64,000 nt of DNA from Rebecca billardiae RCC1528 (Eukaryota; Protista; Haptophyta). The position numbers and the translations under genes were made by a program. The stretch is taken from NCBI GenBank assembly GCA_965240325.2, contig OZ251248.1, forward strand, positions 868,001 through 932,000, given 5' to 3'. The notes under the pieces are model-generated. The model was given only the letters and a program-made list of their open reading frames with translations. It did not search any database and was not told the origin of the DNA. The stretch's first letter is position 1. Each line of letters begins with the position of its first letter. Of the stretch, positions 37,901 through 50,944 are shown in pieces.

Positions 37901-40900
37901 TCGCCACCCCCGTCTCCGCCACCATCGCCTCCGCCGAGCCCGCCTCCGAGCCCGCCGCCGCCGAGCCCACCTCCATCACCGCCGCCCAGCCCGCCGCCCA
38001 GCCCGCCACCCAGCCCACCTCCCCCGAGCCCGCCGCCGAGTCCGCCGCCGAGCCCGCCGCCGAGCCCGCCCCCCTCTCCGCTGCCATCGCCACCGCCCAG
38101 CCCGCCACCAAGCCCGCCCCCCTCGCCGCCGCCGAGCCCGCCGCCGAGCCCGCCGCCTCCAAACCCACCTCCGAGCCCACCACCCTCCCCGCTTCCGAGC
38201 CCGCCCCCCTCACCTCCACCGAGCCCTCCCCCTAGTCCTCCGCCATCGCCGCCGCCGAGCCCACCGCCGTCGCCGCCGCCAACCCCGCCGCCGTCCCCGC
38301 CGCCATCCCCGCCTCCGCCAAGCCCGCCGCCCAGCCCGCCGCCCTCGCCTCCACCGAGCCCACCGCCGAGCCCACCGCCTCCATCGCCGCCGCCCTCGCC
38401 ACCACCGAGCCCCCCGCCGAGCCCGCCGCCATCGCCGCCACCGTCGCCACCACCAAGCCCGCCGCCAAGCCCACCGCCATCACCACCCCCGTCACCGCCA
38501 CCGAGCCCTCCGCCGTCGCCGCCGCCGAGCCCACCACCGCCGTCTCCGCCTCCATCGCCCCCACCGTCGCCTCCGCCGAGCCCGCCGCCGTCGCCGCCAC
38601 CGAGCCCTCCTCCGAGCCCTCCACCCTCGCCGCCCCCAAGCCCACCGCCGTCGCCTCCGCCATCGCCACCGCCGAGCCCGCCGCCCAGTCCGCCGCCACC
38701 AAGCCCGCCGCCGAGCCCGCCGCCCAGCCCGCCGCCCAGCCCGCCGCCCAGCCCGCCGCCATCGCCGCCGCCAAGCCCACCGCCATCGCCACCACCGAGC
38801 CCACCGCCGAGCCCACCGCCATCACCTCCGCCCAGCCCACCGCCCAGCCCACCGCCACCGTCGCCCCCACCATCACCACCACCGAGCCCGCCGCCAAGCC
38901 CACCGCCATCGCCACCGCCGTCACCGCCACCGAGCCCTCCGCCGTTGCCGCCGCCGAGCCCACCGCCGTCGCCGCCACCGAGCCCTCCACCGTCGCCGCC
39001 GCCCAGCCCACCACCGCCGTCTCCGCCTCCATCGCCCCCACCGTCGCCCCCGCCGAGCCCACCGCCGTCGCCACCACCGAGCCCTCCTCCGAGCCCGCCG
39101 CCGTCGCCGCCGCCCAGCCCTCCGCCGTCTCCACCGCCGTCGCCGCCGCCGAGCCCGCCGCCGAGCCCGCCGCCACCGAGCCCGCCGCCGAGCCCGCCGC
39201 CGAGCCCGCCGCCCAGCCCGCCGCCGAGCCCTCCGCCGTCACCGCCGCCGAGCCCACCGCCATCGCCACCACCCAGCCCGCCGCCGAGCCCACCGCCATC
39301 ACCTCCGCCCAGCCCACCGCCCAGCCCACCGCCACCGTCGCCCCCACCATCACCACCACCGAGCCCGCCGCCAAGCCCACCGCCATCGCCACCGCCGTCA
39401 CCGCCACCGAGCCCTCCGCCGTCGCCGCCGCCGAGCCCACCGCCGTCACCGCCACCGAGCCCTCCGCCGTTGCCGCCGCCGAGCCCACCGCCGTCGCCGC
39501 CACCGAGCCCTCCACCGTCGCCGCCGCCCAGCCCACCACCGCCGTCTCCTCCTCCATCGCCCCCACCGTCGCCCCCGCCGAGCCCACCGCCGTCGCCACC
39601 ACCGAGCCCTCCTCCGAGCCCGCCGCCGTCGCCGCCGCCCAGCCCTCCGCCGTCTCCACCGCCGTCGCCGCCGCCGAGCCCGCCGCCGAGCCCGCCGCCA
39701 CCGAGCCCGCCGCCGAGCCCGCCGCCGAGCCCGCCGCCCAGCCCGCCGCCGAGCCCTCCGCCGTCACCGCCGCCGAGCCCACCGCCATCGCCACCACCCA
39801 GCCCGCCGCCGAGCCCACCGCCATCACCTCCGCCCAGCCCACCGCCCAGCCCACCGCCACCGTCGCCCCCACCATCACCACCACCGAGCCCGCCGCCAAG
39901 CCCACCGCCATCGCCACCGCCGTCACCGCCACCGAGCCCTCCGCCGTCGCCGCCGCCGAGCCCACCGCCGTCACCGCCACCGAGCCCTCCGCCGTCGCCG
40001 CCGCCCAGCCCACCACCGCCGTCTCCGCCTCCATCGCCCCCACCGTCGCCCCCGCCCAGCCCACCGCCGTCGCCACCACCGAGCCCTCCTCCGAGCCCGC
40101 CGCCGTCGCCGCCGCCCAGCCCGCCGCCGTCTCCACCGCCGTCGCCGCCGCCGAGCCCGCCGCCGAGTCCGCCGCCACCGAGCCCTCCGCCGAGCCCACC
40201 GCCCAGCCCGCCACCCAGCCCGCCGCCGAGCCCTCCGCCGTCACCGCCGCCGAGCCCACCGCCATCGCCACCACCCAGCCCGCCGCCGAGCCCACCGCCA
40301 TCACCCCCGCCAAGCCCACCGCCCAGCCCACCGCCACCGTCGCCCCCGCCATCACCACCACCGAGCCCGCCGCCCAGCCCTCCGCCATCGCCACCGCCGT
40401 CACCGCCACCGAGCCCTCCGCCGTCGCCGCCGCCGAGCCCACCACCGCCGTCTCCGCCTCCATCGCCCCCACCGTCGCCCCCGCCGAGCCCACCGCCGTC
40501 GCCGCCACCGAGCCCTCCTCCGAGCCCGCCGCCGTCGCCGCCCCCAAGCCCACCGCCGTCGCCTCCGCCATCGCCACCACCGAGCCCGCCACCCAGTCCG
40601 CCGCCACCGAGCCCGCCGCCGAGCCCGCCACCCAGCCCGCCACCCAGCCCACCGCCGAGCCCACCACCTTCGCCGCCGCCAAGCCCACCACCATCGCCGC
40701 CGCCGAGCCCGCCGCCGAGCCCACCGCCATCACCCCCGCCGAGCCCACCGCCCAGCCCACCGCCACCGTCGCCCCCTCCATCACCACCACCGAGCCCGCC
40801 GCCAAGCCCACCGCCATCGCCACCGCCGTCGCCACCCCCGAGCCCACCACCGAGCCCACCACCGAGCCCGCCGCCGCCGTCTCCGCCACCATCGCCTCCG

Positions 40901-43900
40901 CCGTCGCCACCGCCGAGCCCGCCACCATCTCCGCCGCCACCGAGCCCACCGCCCAGCCCGCCGCCGAGCCCGCCGCCCAGCCCGCCACCGAGCCCACCAC
41001 CATCGCAGCCGCCGAGCCCGCCACCTTCACCGCCACCAAGCCCGCCGCCGAGCCCGCCGCCCAGCCCGCCCCCCAGCCCGCCGCCAAGCCCGCCGCCACC
41101 ATCGCCTCCTCCGAGCCCGCCGCCAAGCCCCCCACCGAGCCCACCGCCATCGCCTCCGCCGTCACCACCCCCGAGCCCACCGCCGAGCCCGCCTCCATCG
41201 CCACCGCCTTCGCCACCGCCGAGCCCACCCCCGAGCCCACCGCCAAGCCCACCGCCACCGTCTCCGCCACCCTCGCCCCCGCCGTCGCCCCCACCGAGCC
41301 CGCCTCCGTCGCCGCCTCCTAGCCCACCTCCGAGCCCTCCGCCATCACCGCCACCAAGCCCACCTCCATCGCCGCCACCTTCGCCACCTCCGAGCCCGCC
41401 ACCGAGCCCACCACCGCCATCGCCTCCTCCGAGCCCGCCGCCGAGCCCGCCACCCAGCCCGCCGCCCAGCCCGCCACCATCGCCGCCGCCCAGCCCACCT
41501 CCCTCGCCACCGCCGAGCCCACCGCCGAGCCCACCGCCGTCGCCACCGCCCAGTCCGCCGCCGAGCCCGCCGCCGCCATCGCCTCCTCCGAGCCCGCCGC
41601 CAAGCCCACCGCCGAGCCCGCCGCCATCGCCACCACCTTCGCCACCGCCGAGTCCGCCACCTTCGCCGCCACCGAGCCCACCGCCTCGCCCACCACCGTC
41701 GCCGCCGCCGAGCCCGCCACCCAGCCCGCCTCCCAGCCCGCCGCCATCGCCGCCTCCTAGCCCGCCGCCGAGCCCGCCACCAAGCCCGCCACCAACGCCG
41801 CCTCCAAGCCCGCCGCCGAGCCCGCCGCCGAGCCCGCCCCCGAACCCGCCTCCCAGCCCGCCGCCGAGCCCGCCACCGAGCCCGCCACCGAGCCCACCCC
41901 CAAGCCCGCCGCCGAGCCCACCACCGTCGCCGCCGCCCAGCCCGCCGCCATCCCCACCACCGTCGCCGCCTCCGAGCCCGCCGCCAAGCCCTCCCCCGAG
42001 CCCGCCGCCCAGCCCGCCTCCGAGCCCGCCGCCGACCCCACCGCCGAGCCCGCCCCCGAGCCCGCCGCCCAGCCCGCCACCGAGCCCGCCGCCAAGCCCG
42101 CCCCCGAGCCCACCCCCAAGCCCGCCGCCGAGCCCTCCGCCCAGCCCACCACCAAGCCCGCCGCCCAGCCCGCCGCCGAGCCCCCCACCCAGCCCGCCCC
42201 CAAGCCCGCCGCCAAGCCCGCCGCCCAGCCCACCGCCGAGCCCACCGCCCTCGCCCCCACCGAGCCCTCCGCCGAGTCCACCGCCGTCGCCGCCGCCCAG
42301 CCCACCGCCGTCTCCACCGCCGTCGCCCCCGCCGAGCCCGCCGCCGAGCCCGCCGCCGTCACCGCCGCCCAGCCCGCCTCCAAGCCCGCCGCCCAGCCCA
42401 CCACCCAGCCCGCCCCCGAGCCCGCCTCCCAGCCCGCCACCGAGCCCGCCGCCCAGCCCGCCCCCGAGCCCGCCGCCAAGCCCGCCTCCGAGCCCGCCGC
42501 CAAGCCCACCGCCGAGCCCCCCCCCAAGCCCGCCGCCGAGCCCGCCGCCGAGCCCGCCCCCGAGCCCGCCGCCAAGCCCGCCGCCCAGCCCGCCGCCGAG
42601 CCCGCCGCCCAGCCCGCCGCCAAGCCCGCCACCCAGCCCGCCCCCGAGCCCGCCGCCCAGCCCGCCGCCCAGCCCGCCGCCGAGCCCACCGCCCTCGCCT
42701 CCACCGAGCCCACCGCCGAGCCCACCGCCGAGCCCACCGCCGAGCCCGCCTCCCAGCCCGCCTCCGAGCCCTCCGCCCAGCCCGCCACCAAGCCCGCCGC
42801 CCAGCCCGCCGCCAAGCCCGCCACCCAGCCCGCCCCCGAGCCCGCCGCCCAGCCCGCCGCCCAGCCCGCCGCCGAGCCCACCGCCCTCGCCTCCACCGAG
42901 CCCACCGCCGAGCCCACCGCCGTCGCCACCGCCCAGCCCGCCGCCGTCTCCACCGCCGTCGCCGCCGCCCAGCCCACCTCCGAGCCCGCCGCCGTCACCG
43001 CCGCCCAGCCCGCCCCCGAGCCCACCCCCAAGCCCGCCGCCGAGCCCGCCGCCGAGCCCGCCCCCGAGCCCGCCGCCAAGCCCGCCGCCGAGCCCGCCGC
43101 CGAGCCCGCCCCCGAGCCCGCCGCCAAGCCCGCCGCCGAGCCCGCCGCCGAGCCCGCCACCGAGCCCGCCCCCAAGCCCGCCGCCGAGCCCGCCGCCCAG
43201 CCCACCGCCCTCGCCTCCACCCAGTCCACCGCCGAGCCCACCGCCAAGCCCACCGCCGAGCCCACCGCCGTCGCCGCCGCCCAGCCCGCCGCCGTCTCCA
43301 CCGCCGTCGCCGCCACCGAGCCCCCCGCCGAGCCCACCGCCAAGCCCACCGCCTAGCCCACCGCCGTCGCCGCCACCCAGCCCACCGCCGTCTCCACCAC
43401 CGTCGCCGCCACCGAGCCCGCCGCCGAGCCCTCCACCGTCACCGCCGCCGAGCCCGCCACCCAGCCCGCCTCCCAGCCCACCACCATCGCCGCCGCCGAG
43501 CCCGCCACCCAGCCCGCCGCCAAGTCCGCCTCCGAGCCCGCCGCCCAGCCCACCGCCCTCGCCGCCCCCGAGCCCGCCACCCAGCCCGCCACCCAGCCCG
43601 CCGCCCAGCCCGCCGCCGAGCCCGCCACCCAGCCCGCCTCCCAGCCCGCCGCCGTCGCCACCACCGAGCCCGCCGCCAAGCCCGCCGCCGTCGCCACCGC
43701 CGAGCCCGCCACCCAGCCCGCCGCCAAGCCCGCCTCCGAGTCCGCCGCCCAGTCCACCGCCCTCGCCGCCCCCGAGCCCGCCGCCGAGCCCGCCACCCAG
43801 CCCGCCACCGTCGCCACCGCCGAGCCCGCCGCCCAGCCCGCCTCCCAGCCCGCCGCCATCTCCACCACCGTCGCCGCCGCCAAGCCCGCCGCCGAGCCCG

Positions 43901-46900
43901 CCTCCCAGCCCGCCGCCCAGCCCGCCGCCCAGCCCGCCCCCGAGCCCGCCGCCGAGCCCACCGCCAAGCCCACCACCGAGCCCGCCGCCGTCGCCGCCGC
44001 CAAGCCCGCCGCCGTCACCGCCTCCGAGCCCGCCGCCGAGCCCACCACCGAGCCCTCCACCGAGCCCACCACCCAGCCCGCCGCCAAGTCCGCCTCCGAA
44101 CCCACCACCCAGTCCACCGCCCTCGCCGCCCCCGAGCCCGCCACCCAGCCCACCACCCAGCCCGCCACCGTCTCCCCCGCCGAGCCCGCCACCCAGCCCG
44201 CCTCCCAGCCCGCCGCCATCTCCACCACCGTCGCCGCCGCCAAGCCCGCCGCCGAGTCCGCCGCCGTCACCGCCACCGAGCCCGCCGCCAAGCCCGCCGC
44301 CCTCGCCGCCCCCGAGCCCACCGCCCAGTCCACCACCCAGCCCACCGCCGTCGCCACCGCCCAGCCCGCCGCCCTCGCCGCCTCCGAGCCCGCCGCCCAG
44401 CCCGCCGCCGAGCCCGCCACCGAGCCCGCCCCCGAGCCCGCCACCCAGCCCGCCGCCGAGCCCACCGCCCAGCCCGCCACCCTCGCCGCCCCCGAGCCCA
44501 CCGCCCAGTCCACCACCGAGCCCGCCTCCGTCGCCTCCGCCCAGCCCACCGCCGAGCCCGCCACCTAGCCCGCCACCGTCGCCTCCTCCGAGCCCGCCGC
44601 CGAGCCCGCCGCCGAGCCCGCCGCCGAGCCCGCCACCCAGCCCGCCCCCGAGCCCACCGCCCAGCCCACCGCCCTCGCCGCCCCCGAGCCCGCCACCCAG
44701 CCCGCCTCCGAGCCCACCGCCCAGCCCGCCGCCTTCGCCGCCCCCGGGTCCGCCGCCCAGCCCACCGCCGAGCCCGCCACCGTCGCCGCCGCCCAGCCCA
44801 CCGCCGAGCCCGCCACCCAGCCCGCCACCAAGCCCACCGCCAAGCCCGCCGCCCTCGCCGCCCCCGAGCCCACCGCCGTCACCGCCTCCAAGCCCGCCGC
44901 CCTCGCCGCCCCCGAGCCCGCCTCCTAGCCCACCGCCAAGCCCGCCGCCCTCCCCGCCGCCTTCACCGCCACCGAGCCCGCCGCCAAGCCCACCGCCCTC
45001 GCCTCCGCCCTCGCCACCGCCCTCGCCGCCACCGTCACCGCCGCCCAGCCCACCGCCAAGCCCACCGCCCTCACCTCCGCCCTCGCCGCCGCCGAGCCCC
45101 CCGCCTAGCCCGCCGCCTAGCCCGCCCCCAAGCCCGCCGCCATCGCCGCCCCCGAGCCCACCGCCGTCACCGCCTCCGAGCCCGCCGCCGGCGCCGCCGC
45201 CGAGCCCGCCGCCGAGCCCACCGCCAAGCCCACCGCCGTCGCCGCCCCCAAGCCCGCCGCCATCCCCACCGCCGTCGCCGCCGCCGAACCCGCCGCCAAG
45301 CCCGCCGCCGTCACCGCCGCCAAGCCCGCCGCCGAGCCCGCCGCCAAGTCCGCCTCCAAGCCCGCCGCCCAGTCCGCCGCCCTCGCTGCCTCCCAGCCCG
45401 CCGCCCAGCCCGCCTCCCAGCCCGCCACCGTCGCCGCCCCCGAGCCCGCCACCCAGCCCCCCGCCCAGCCCGCCACCATCGCCGCCCCCGAGCCCGCCGC
45501 CGAGCCCACCGCCCAGCCCACCGCCCTCGCCGCCGCCTAGCCCGCCACCCAGCCCGCCGCCCAGCCCGCCACCGTCGCCACCGCCCAGCCCGCCGCCCAG
45601 CCCGCCGCCGAGCCCGCCACCGTCGCCACCACCGAGCCCGCCTCCCAGCCCGCCACCCAGCCCGCCACCATCGCCGCCCCCAAGCCCGCCGCCGAGCCCT
45701 CCGCCATCGCCTCCGTCGTCGCCGCCACCTTTGCCCCCAGCCAGCCCTCCGCCCAGCCCTCCGCGCTATCCGATGCCGCCACTGCCGCCGCCGCCATCGC
45801 CGCCGAGGGCGCCGCCGCCGCCGCGTGTCGTGCCCTTCTCACCGCCGTCACCGCCGTCGCCGCCGCCGAGCCCGCCGCCGCCCTCGCCTCCGCCGCCGCC
45901 TCCGAGCTCGCCGCCGCCGTCGCCACCGTCGACGCCGCCGCCACCGCCTCCTTCGCCATCGCCACCGCCACCGTCGCCGCCGCCACTGCCGCCGCCGCCG
46001 CCGCGCACCGAGCCGTTCCCGCCGCCGTCGCCGCCGTCGGCGCCGCCGTCGGCGCCGCCCACGCCGCCACCAGCACTGCCGCCGTCCTCGCCGCCATCGG
46101 CGCCGCCGTCCTCGCCGCCGCCACCGCCGCCCTCGCCGCCACCGGCCATGCCGCCGCCGCCGCGCACCGCGCCGTTCCCGCCGCCAACGCCGCCGCAGCC
46201 GCCGCCGAGCGCGCCGCCGCCGTCGCCGCCGCCGTCGCCACCGCCGCCGCCGCCGGCCGCGCCGCCGTCCACGCCGCCGCCGCCGCCCTCCGCGCCACCG
46301 CCATCGCCGCTGCCGCCTCCGCCGAGCCCGCCGCCGCCGCCACCGAGCCCGCCGCCGCCGCCGCGCACGGAGCCGTTCCCACCGCCGTCGCCGCCCTCGC
46401 CGCCGCCCTCGCCGCCGCCGCCCTCGCCGCCGCCGCCGAGCTCGCCGCCGGCCCCGCCGCCACGGCCGCCGCCGTCGGAGCCGCCGAATGCGCCGCCGCC
46501 CCCGTCGCCGCCGCCACTGCCGCCGCCACCACCGCGCGCCGAGCCGTTCCCGCCGCCGTCGCCGCCGAGCCCTCCGCCGAGCGCGCCGCCGCCGTCGCCG
46601 TCGCCACCGTCGACGCCGCCGCCACCGCCTCCTTCGCCATCGCCGCCGCCACCGTCGCCGCCGCCGCTGCCGCCGCCGCCGCCGCGCACCGAGCCGTTCC
46701 CGCCGCCGTCGCCGCCGTCGGCGCCGCCCACGCCGCCGCCGGCACTGCCACCGGCACTCCCGCCGTCCTCACCCCCATCGGCGCCGCCGCCGTCGTCGCC
46801 GCCGCCGCCGCCATCGCCGCCACCGTCCATGCCACCGCCGCCGCGCACCGCGCCGTTCCCGCCGCCTTCGCCGCCGCAGCCGCCGCCGCGCGCGCCGCCG

Positions 46901-49900
46901 TCGTTGCCGCCGCCGTCGCCGCCACCGCCACCGCCGGCTGCGCCGCCGTCCACGCCGCCGCCGCCGCCCTCCGTGCCACCGCCATCGCCGCTGCCGCCTC
47001 CGCCGAGCCCGCCGCCGCCGCCACCGAGCCCGCCGCCGCCGCCGCGCACGGAGCCGTTCCCACCGCCGTCGCCGCCCTCGCCGCCGCCCTCGCCGCCGCC
47101 GCCCTCGCCGCCGCCGCCGAGCTCGCCGCCGGCCCCGCCGCCACGGCCGCCGCCGAGCCCGCCGCCGAGCGCGCCGCCGCCCCCGCCGCCGCCGCCGCTG
47201 CCGCCGCCGCCGCCGCGCACCGAGCCGTTCCCGCCGCCGTCGCCGCCGAGCGCTCCGCCGAGCGCGCCGCCGCCGTCGCCACTGCCTCCGCCGCCGTCGC
47301 CGTCGCGGCCGATGCCGTCCCTGCCGCCGGTCTCGCCGCCGCCGCCGCGCGTGCAGCCGTTCCCGCCGCCGTCGCCGCCGTCACTGCCGCCGTCACCGCC
47401 GCCGCCCTCGCCCTCGCCGCCGCCGCCCTCGCCTCCGCCGCTGCCGCCGCCTCCGCCGCGCACCGAGCCGTTCCCGCCGCCGTCGCCGCCGAGCGTGCCG
47501 CCGTCGCCGCCACCGAGCGCGCCGCCGCCGCCACCGCCGTCGCCGCCGCCGAGCCCGCCCTCCGCGCCGCCGCCGCCCCCAGTCCTCCGCGCCGCCCTCG
47601 AGTCTGTCACGCCGCGCGGCGCGTCGCTCGGCGCGGCGGGCTTGGTGCTCACGCTGCGCGGCGCGGGCTTCGCCGCCACGCCCGGCGGTGGCGACAGCTG
47701 CGCGTTCGGGCCTGTGGCAGAGGCCGGGGGCGCGTTCGCCGCGCTCGCGACCACCGCCGCCGCCGTGCTCTCCGCCGACGAGGCCACGTGCGCGCTGCCG
47801 GCGGGCGGCGCCGCGCTGGGCGCGGGCCTGTACGAGGTGCGGCTCACGCTCGACGGCGGCGCGCACGTCGTGCGTCCGCTGTTCGACGCGCCGAGCGTCG
47901 AGCTGTACGACGGCAGTGCGCTGCGCGTGGACGCGCTCGACCCGCCCGCCGGCCCCGTGGGCGGCGGCACCGTCGTCACGCTCTCGGGCGCGGGCTTTGC
48001 CGAGTACGGCGAGGGCCAGCTGTGCTGCGTGCTGCCCGCCGTGGACCCGCTCGCGTGCGCCGCGGCGGCGACGCTGCTGCCCGAGCTGGGCGGCGCGAGC
48101 CGCGCGCGGTGCACGCTGCCCGGCGCGCCGGCCGGCGCGCCGACCACGCTCGCCCTCGAGCTCTCGCTCAGCGCCGCGCGCCCCGGCAGCGTCTCCGCCT
48201 CCGCGCGCCCCTTCGTCTTCTACGCGGAGCCCAGCGTGCGCTCCGTCGCGCCGAGCTCGGGCGTACACGGCCTGTCCGTGATCGTGGGCGGCGCCGGCTT
48301 ACTGGCGCTGCAGGGCGCGGGGCTGCTGCCGCTGCTGCGCGTGGCCTTCGGCGACGGCGCGCCGCCCGTGCCCGCCCAGCTCGCCGTCGACGACGCGCTG
48401 CTCGTGCGGACCCCCGCCGCCGGCCCGGAGGGCCCCGCGCAGGTGCGTGTAGCCCTGAACGGGCAGCAGTTTGCGCCGGCGGCCGGCGTGCCGCCCGGCG
48501 GCGGCGCGGGCGGCGGTGTGTACTTCACGTTCGTCGGCGTGCACGCGCCTGCGCTGCTCCGCGCGGCCTTCAACGCGGAGGCGACGGCGCTGCGCCTCGA
48601 GTTCGCTGCGCAGCCGACCGACCGCGCGCGCATGGCGGAGGGCGTGCAGCCGTGCAGCCGTGTGCTCGACGAGCCCACCCTGGCGCTCGTCGCCGGCGCG
48701 CCCTCCGCCTCCGCCGCCGCCGCCGCCATCGCGGGCTCCTCCTCCGAGCCGGGCTGCTTCTGGGAGGGCGACTCGACGCTCGTCGTGCAGCTGACGTCGT
48801 CGACGGGCCTCGCGCCCAGCGCCGTCGTCGGCGTGCGCGACGGCGTCCTCGCCCCCGCCGCGTGCTCGCCAACGTGCGACGACGCTCTGCTCGGCGTCGG
48901 GCTGCGCGCGGCCGTGGACGTGGACGCGCCGTGCGGGCCGGAGGCGCCGTGCCCCGTGCCTGTCGCGACGCTGAGCGCGCCCGGCACTCTCTCCGCGTGC
49001 GCGAACGAGACGGTGCGCCTCGACGCCACCGCCTCCACCACCGGCGGCATCGGCCTGCCCACGTACGAGTGGACGGTCGACGTCTCCGCCACCAACGCGC
49101 CCGAGGCCGAGGTGGCGGCGGTGCAGGCGCAGCTGGGCGCGCTGCCGCCCGCCGCGTCGGTGGCGAGTCTGACGATGCCGCCGGGCGGGACGCGCTGGGG
49201 GTTCGCGCTGCGCGTGACCTCGTTCCTCGGCGTCACGTCGGCCGCGGCGACGCACGTCGCGCACCGGCAGAGCGCCGCCGAGCTGCTCGTCGACATCGCC
49301 GGCCCCGCGCTCGTCGCCGCGTGGCCGTCGGAGCAGCTGAGCCTGGCGGCGTCGACGCGCCGGCCGGAGGGCTGCGGCGCGGGCGAGCACGCGCACGGCG
49401 GGGGGCTGCGCTTCGAGTGGACGCTGCTCGGCGCGGTGGAGACGGCGAGCGGCGCGCCGGCGGCGGGCGGCGCGCTGCTACTCCGCACGCTCGCCGCGCA
49501 CTCGGGCGCCACGCTCTTGCTCCCGCCCTTTGCGCTCGAGCCGCTGCGCACATACACGCTGCGCGCGCGCGCGGCCGAGCCGGGCGGCGGCGGCGGCGCG
49601 GCGGAGGGCAGCGCGACCGTGCGCGTCGCCACGCGCCGGCTGCCGCTGCGCGCGACGATCGCGGGCGGTGACCGAACGCTCGGCGCGCTCGAGCCCGTCG
49701 TGATCGACGCGTCCGCCTCCGCCGACCCCAACCGCGCCGACGGCGCCGCGGGGCTGCGCTTCGAGTGGACTGGCGTGGCGGTGCGCGGCGCCGACGTCGG
49801 CGAAGACTCTGCTGCCGCGGCGGCGGCGGCGACCGCGGGCGAGGCGGTCGGCATCGCGCTCAACCTCACCGAGCTCGGCGCCGCGGCGCACCTCGCCGTG

Positions 49901-50814
49901 CTCCGCGTGCCCGCGCTCGCGCTGCCGCTCGGCGCGTACGACTTCACCGTGGCCGTGCGCACGGGCGACTTTGCTGAGCGCGCGGCCGCGTCGGTGCGCG
50001 TGACCGTGATCGCGGGCGTGACGCCCGTGGTGACGTTCGCGCCGCTGGCTCGGCCCAAGTACAGCCCGACGTTCGAGCTGCCCGAGCACCGGCTTGTGCT
50101 CTCGACCGCGCTGGACGAGGCGTCCGCGCGGCTGCAGGCGCGCGGCGTGCTCGCGTTCAGCTACGCGTGGCGCGCGATGCTCGTCGGCGCGGGCGGCGCG
50201 CTCGCCGACGCGGCCGTCGACCTGCATGACGACGCGGCCGTCACGACGACCGGCGCGGCGGGGCCGAGCCTCGCGTTCCGCTCGGGCGCGCTCGCGCCGG
50301 GCGCGACGTACGTGTTCGAGCTGACGGTGAGCGGCGCCGACCAGCCCGCGCTCAGCTCGGTGCGCGTGGTGATGAACCGCCCGCCGTTTGGCGGCGGGCT
50401 GCGCGTGCAGCCGCCGGAGGGGGTCGCTCTGTCGACGCTCTTCGAGCTGAGCGCGCCCGGCTGGGCGGACGACGCGGAGGACCTGCCGCTGCGCTACGCG
50501 TTTGGCTACTCGGCCGCCGCCGAGGGCGGCGCGTCGACGAGCGTGGCGCTGCGCACGGCGGGCCTCAGCCCGTTCCTCTACGGCGTGCTGCTGCCCGCGG
50601 CCAACCTGACGGTGCGCGTGGCGGTGCAGGACGCGTGGGCGGCGGTGGCGAGCGCGGACGCGGCCGCGCGCGTGCTGCCGCCCGCGCAGCTCGACGACGC
50701 GTCCGCGGCGCTCGGCTCGCTGCTCGAGCGGGCGCGCGACGCCGTCGACGCCGGCGACGCGGAGCAGGCGTATCGGCTGCTCGACGTGCTCGTCTGGCTC
50801 GTGAGCGACTCGTA

Positions 50815-50880
<66 letters not shown>

Positions 50881-50913
50881 CGGGAGCGGCGGCGGCGGCG
50901 GCGGAGCTCTTGG

Positions 50914-50944
<31 letters not shown>

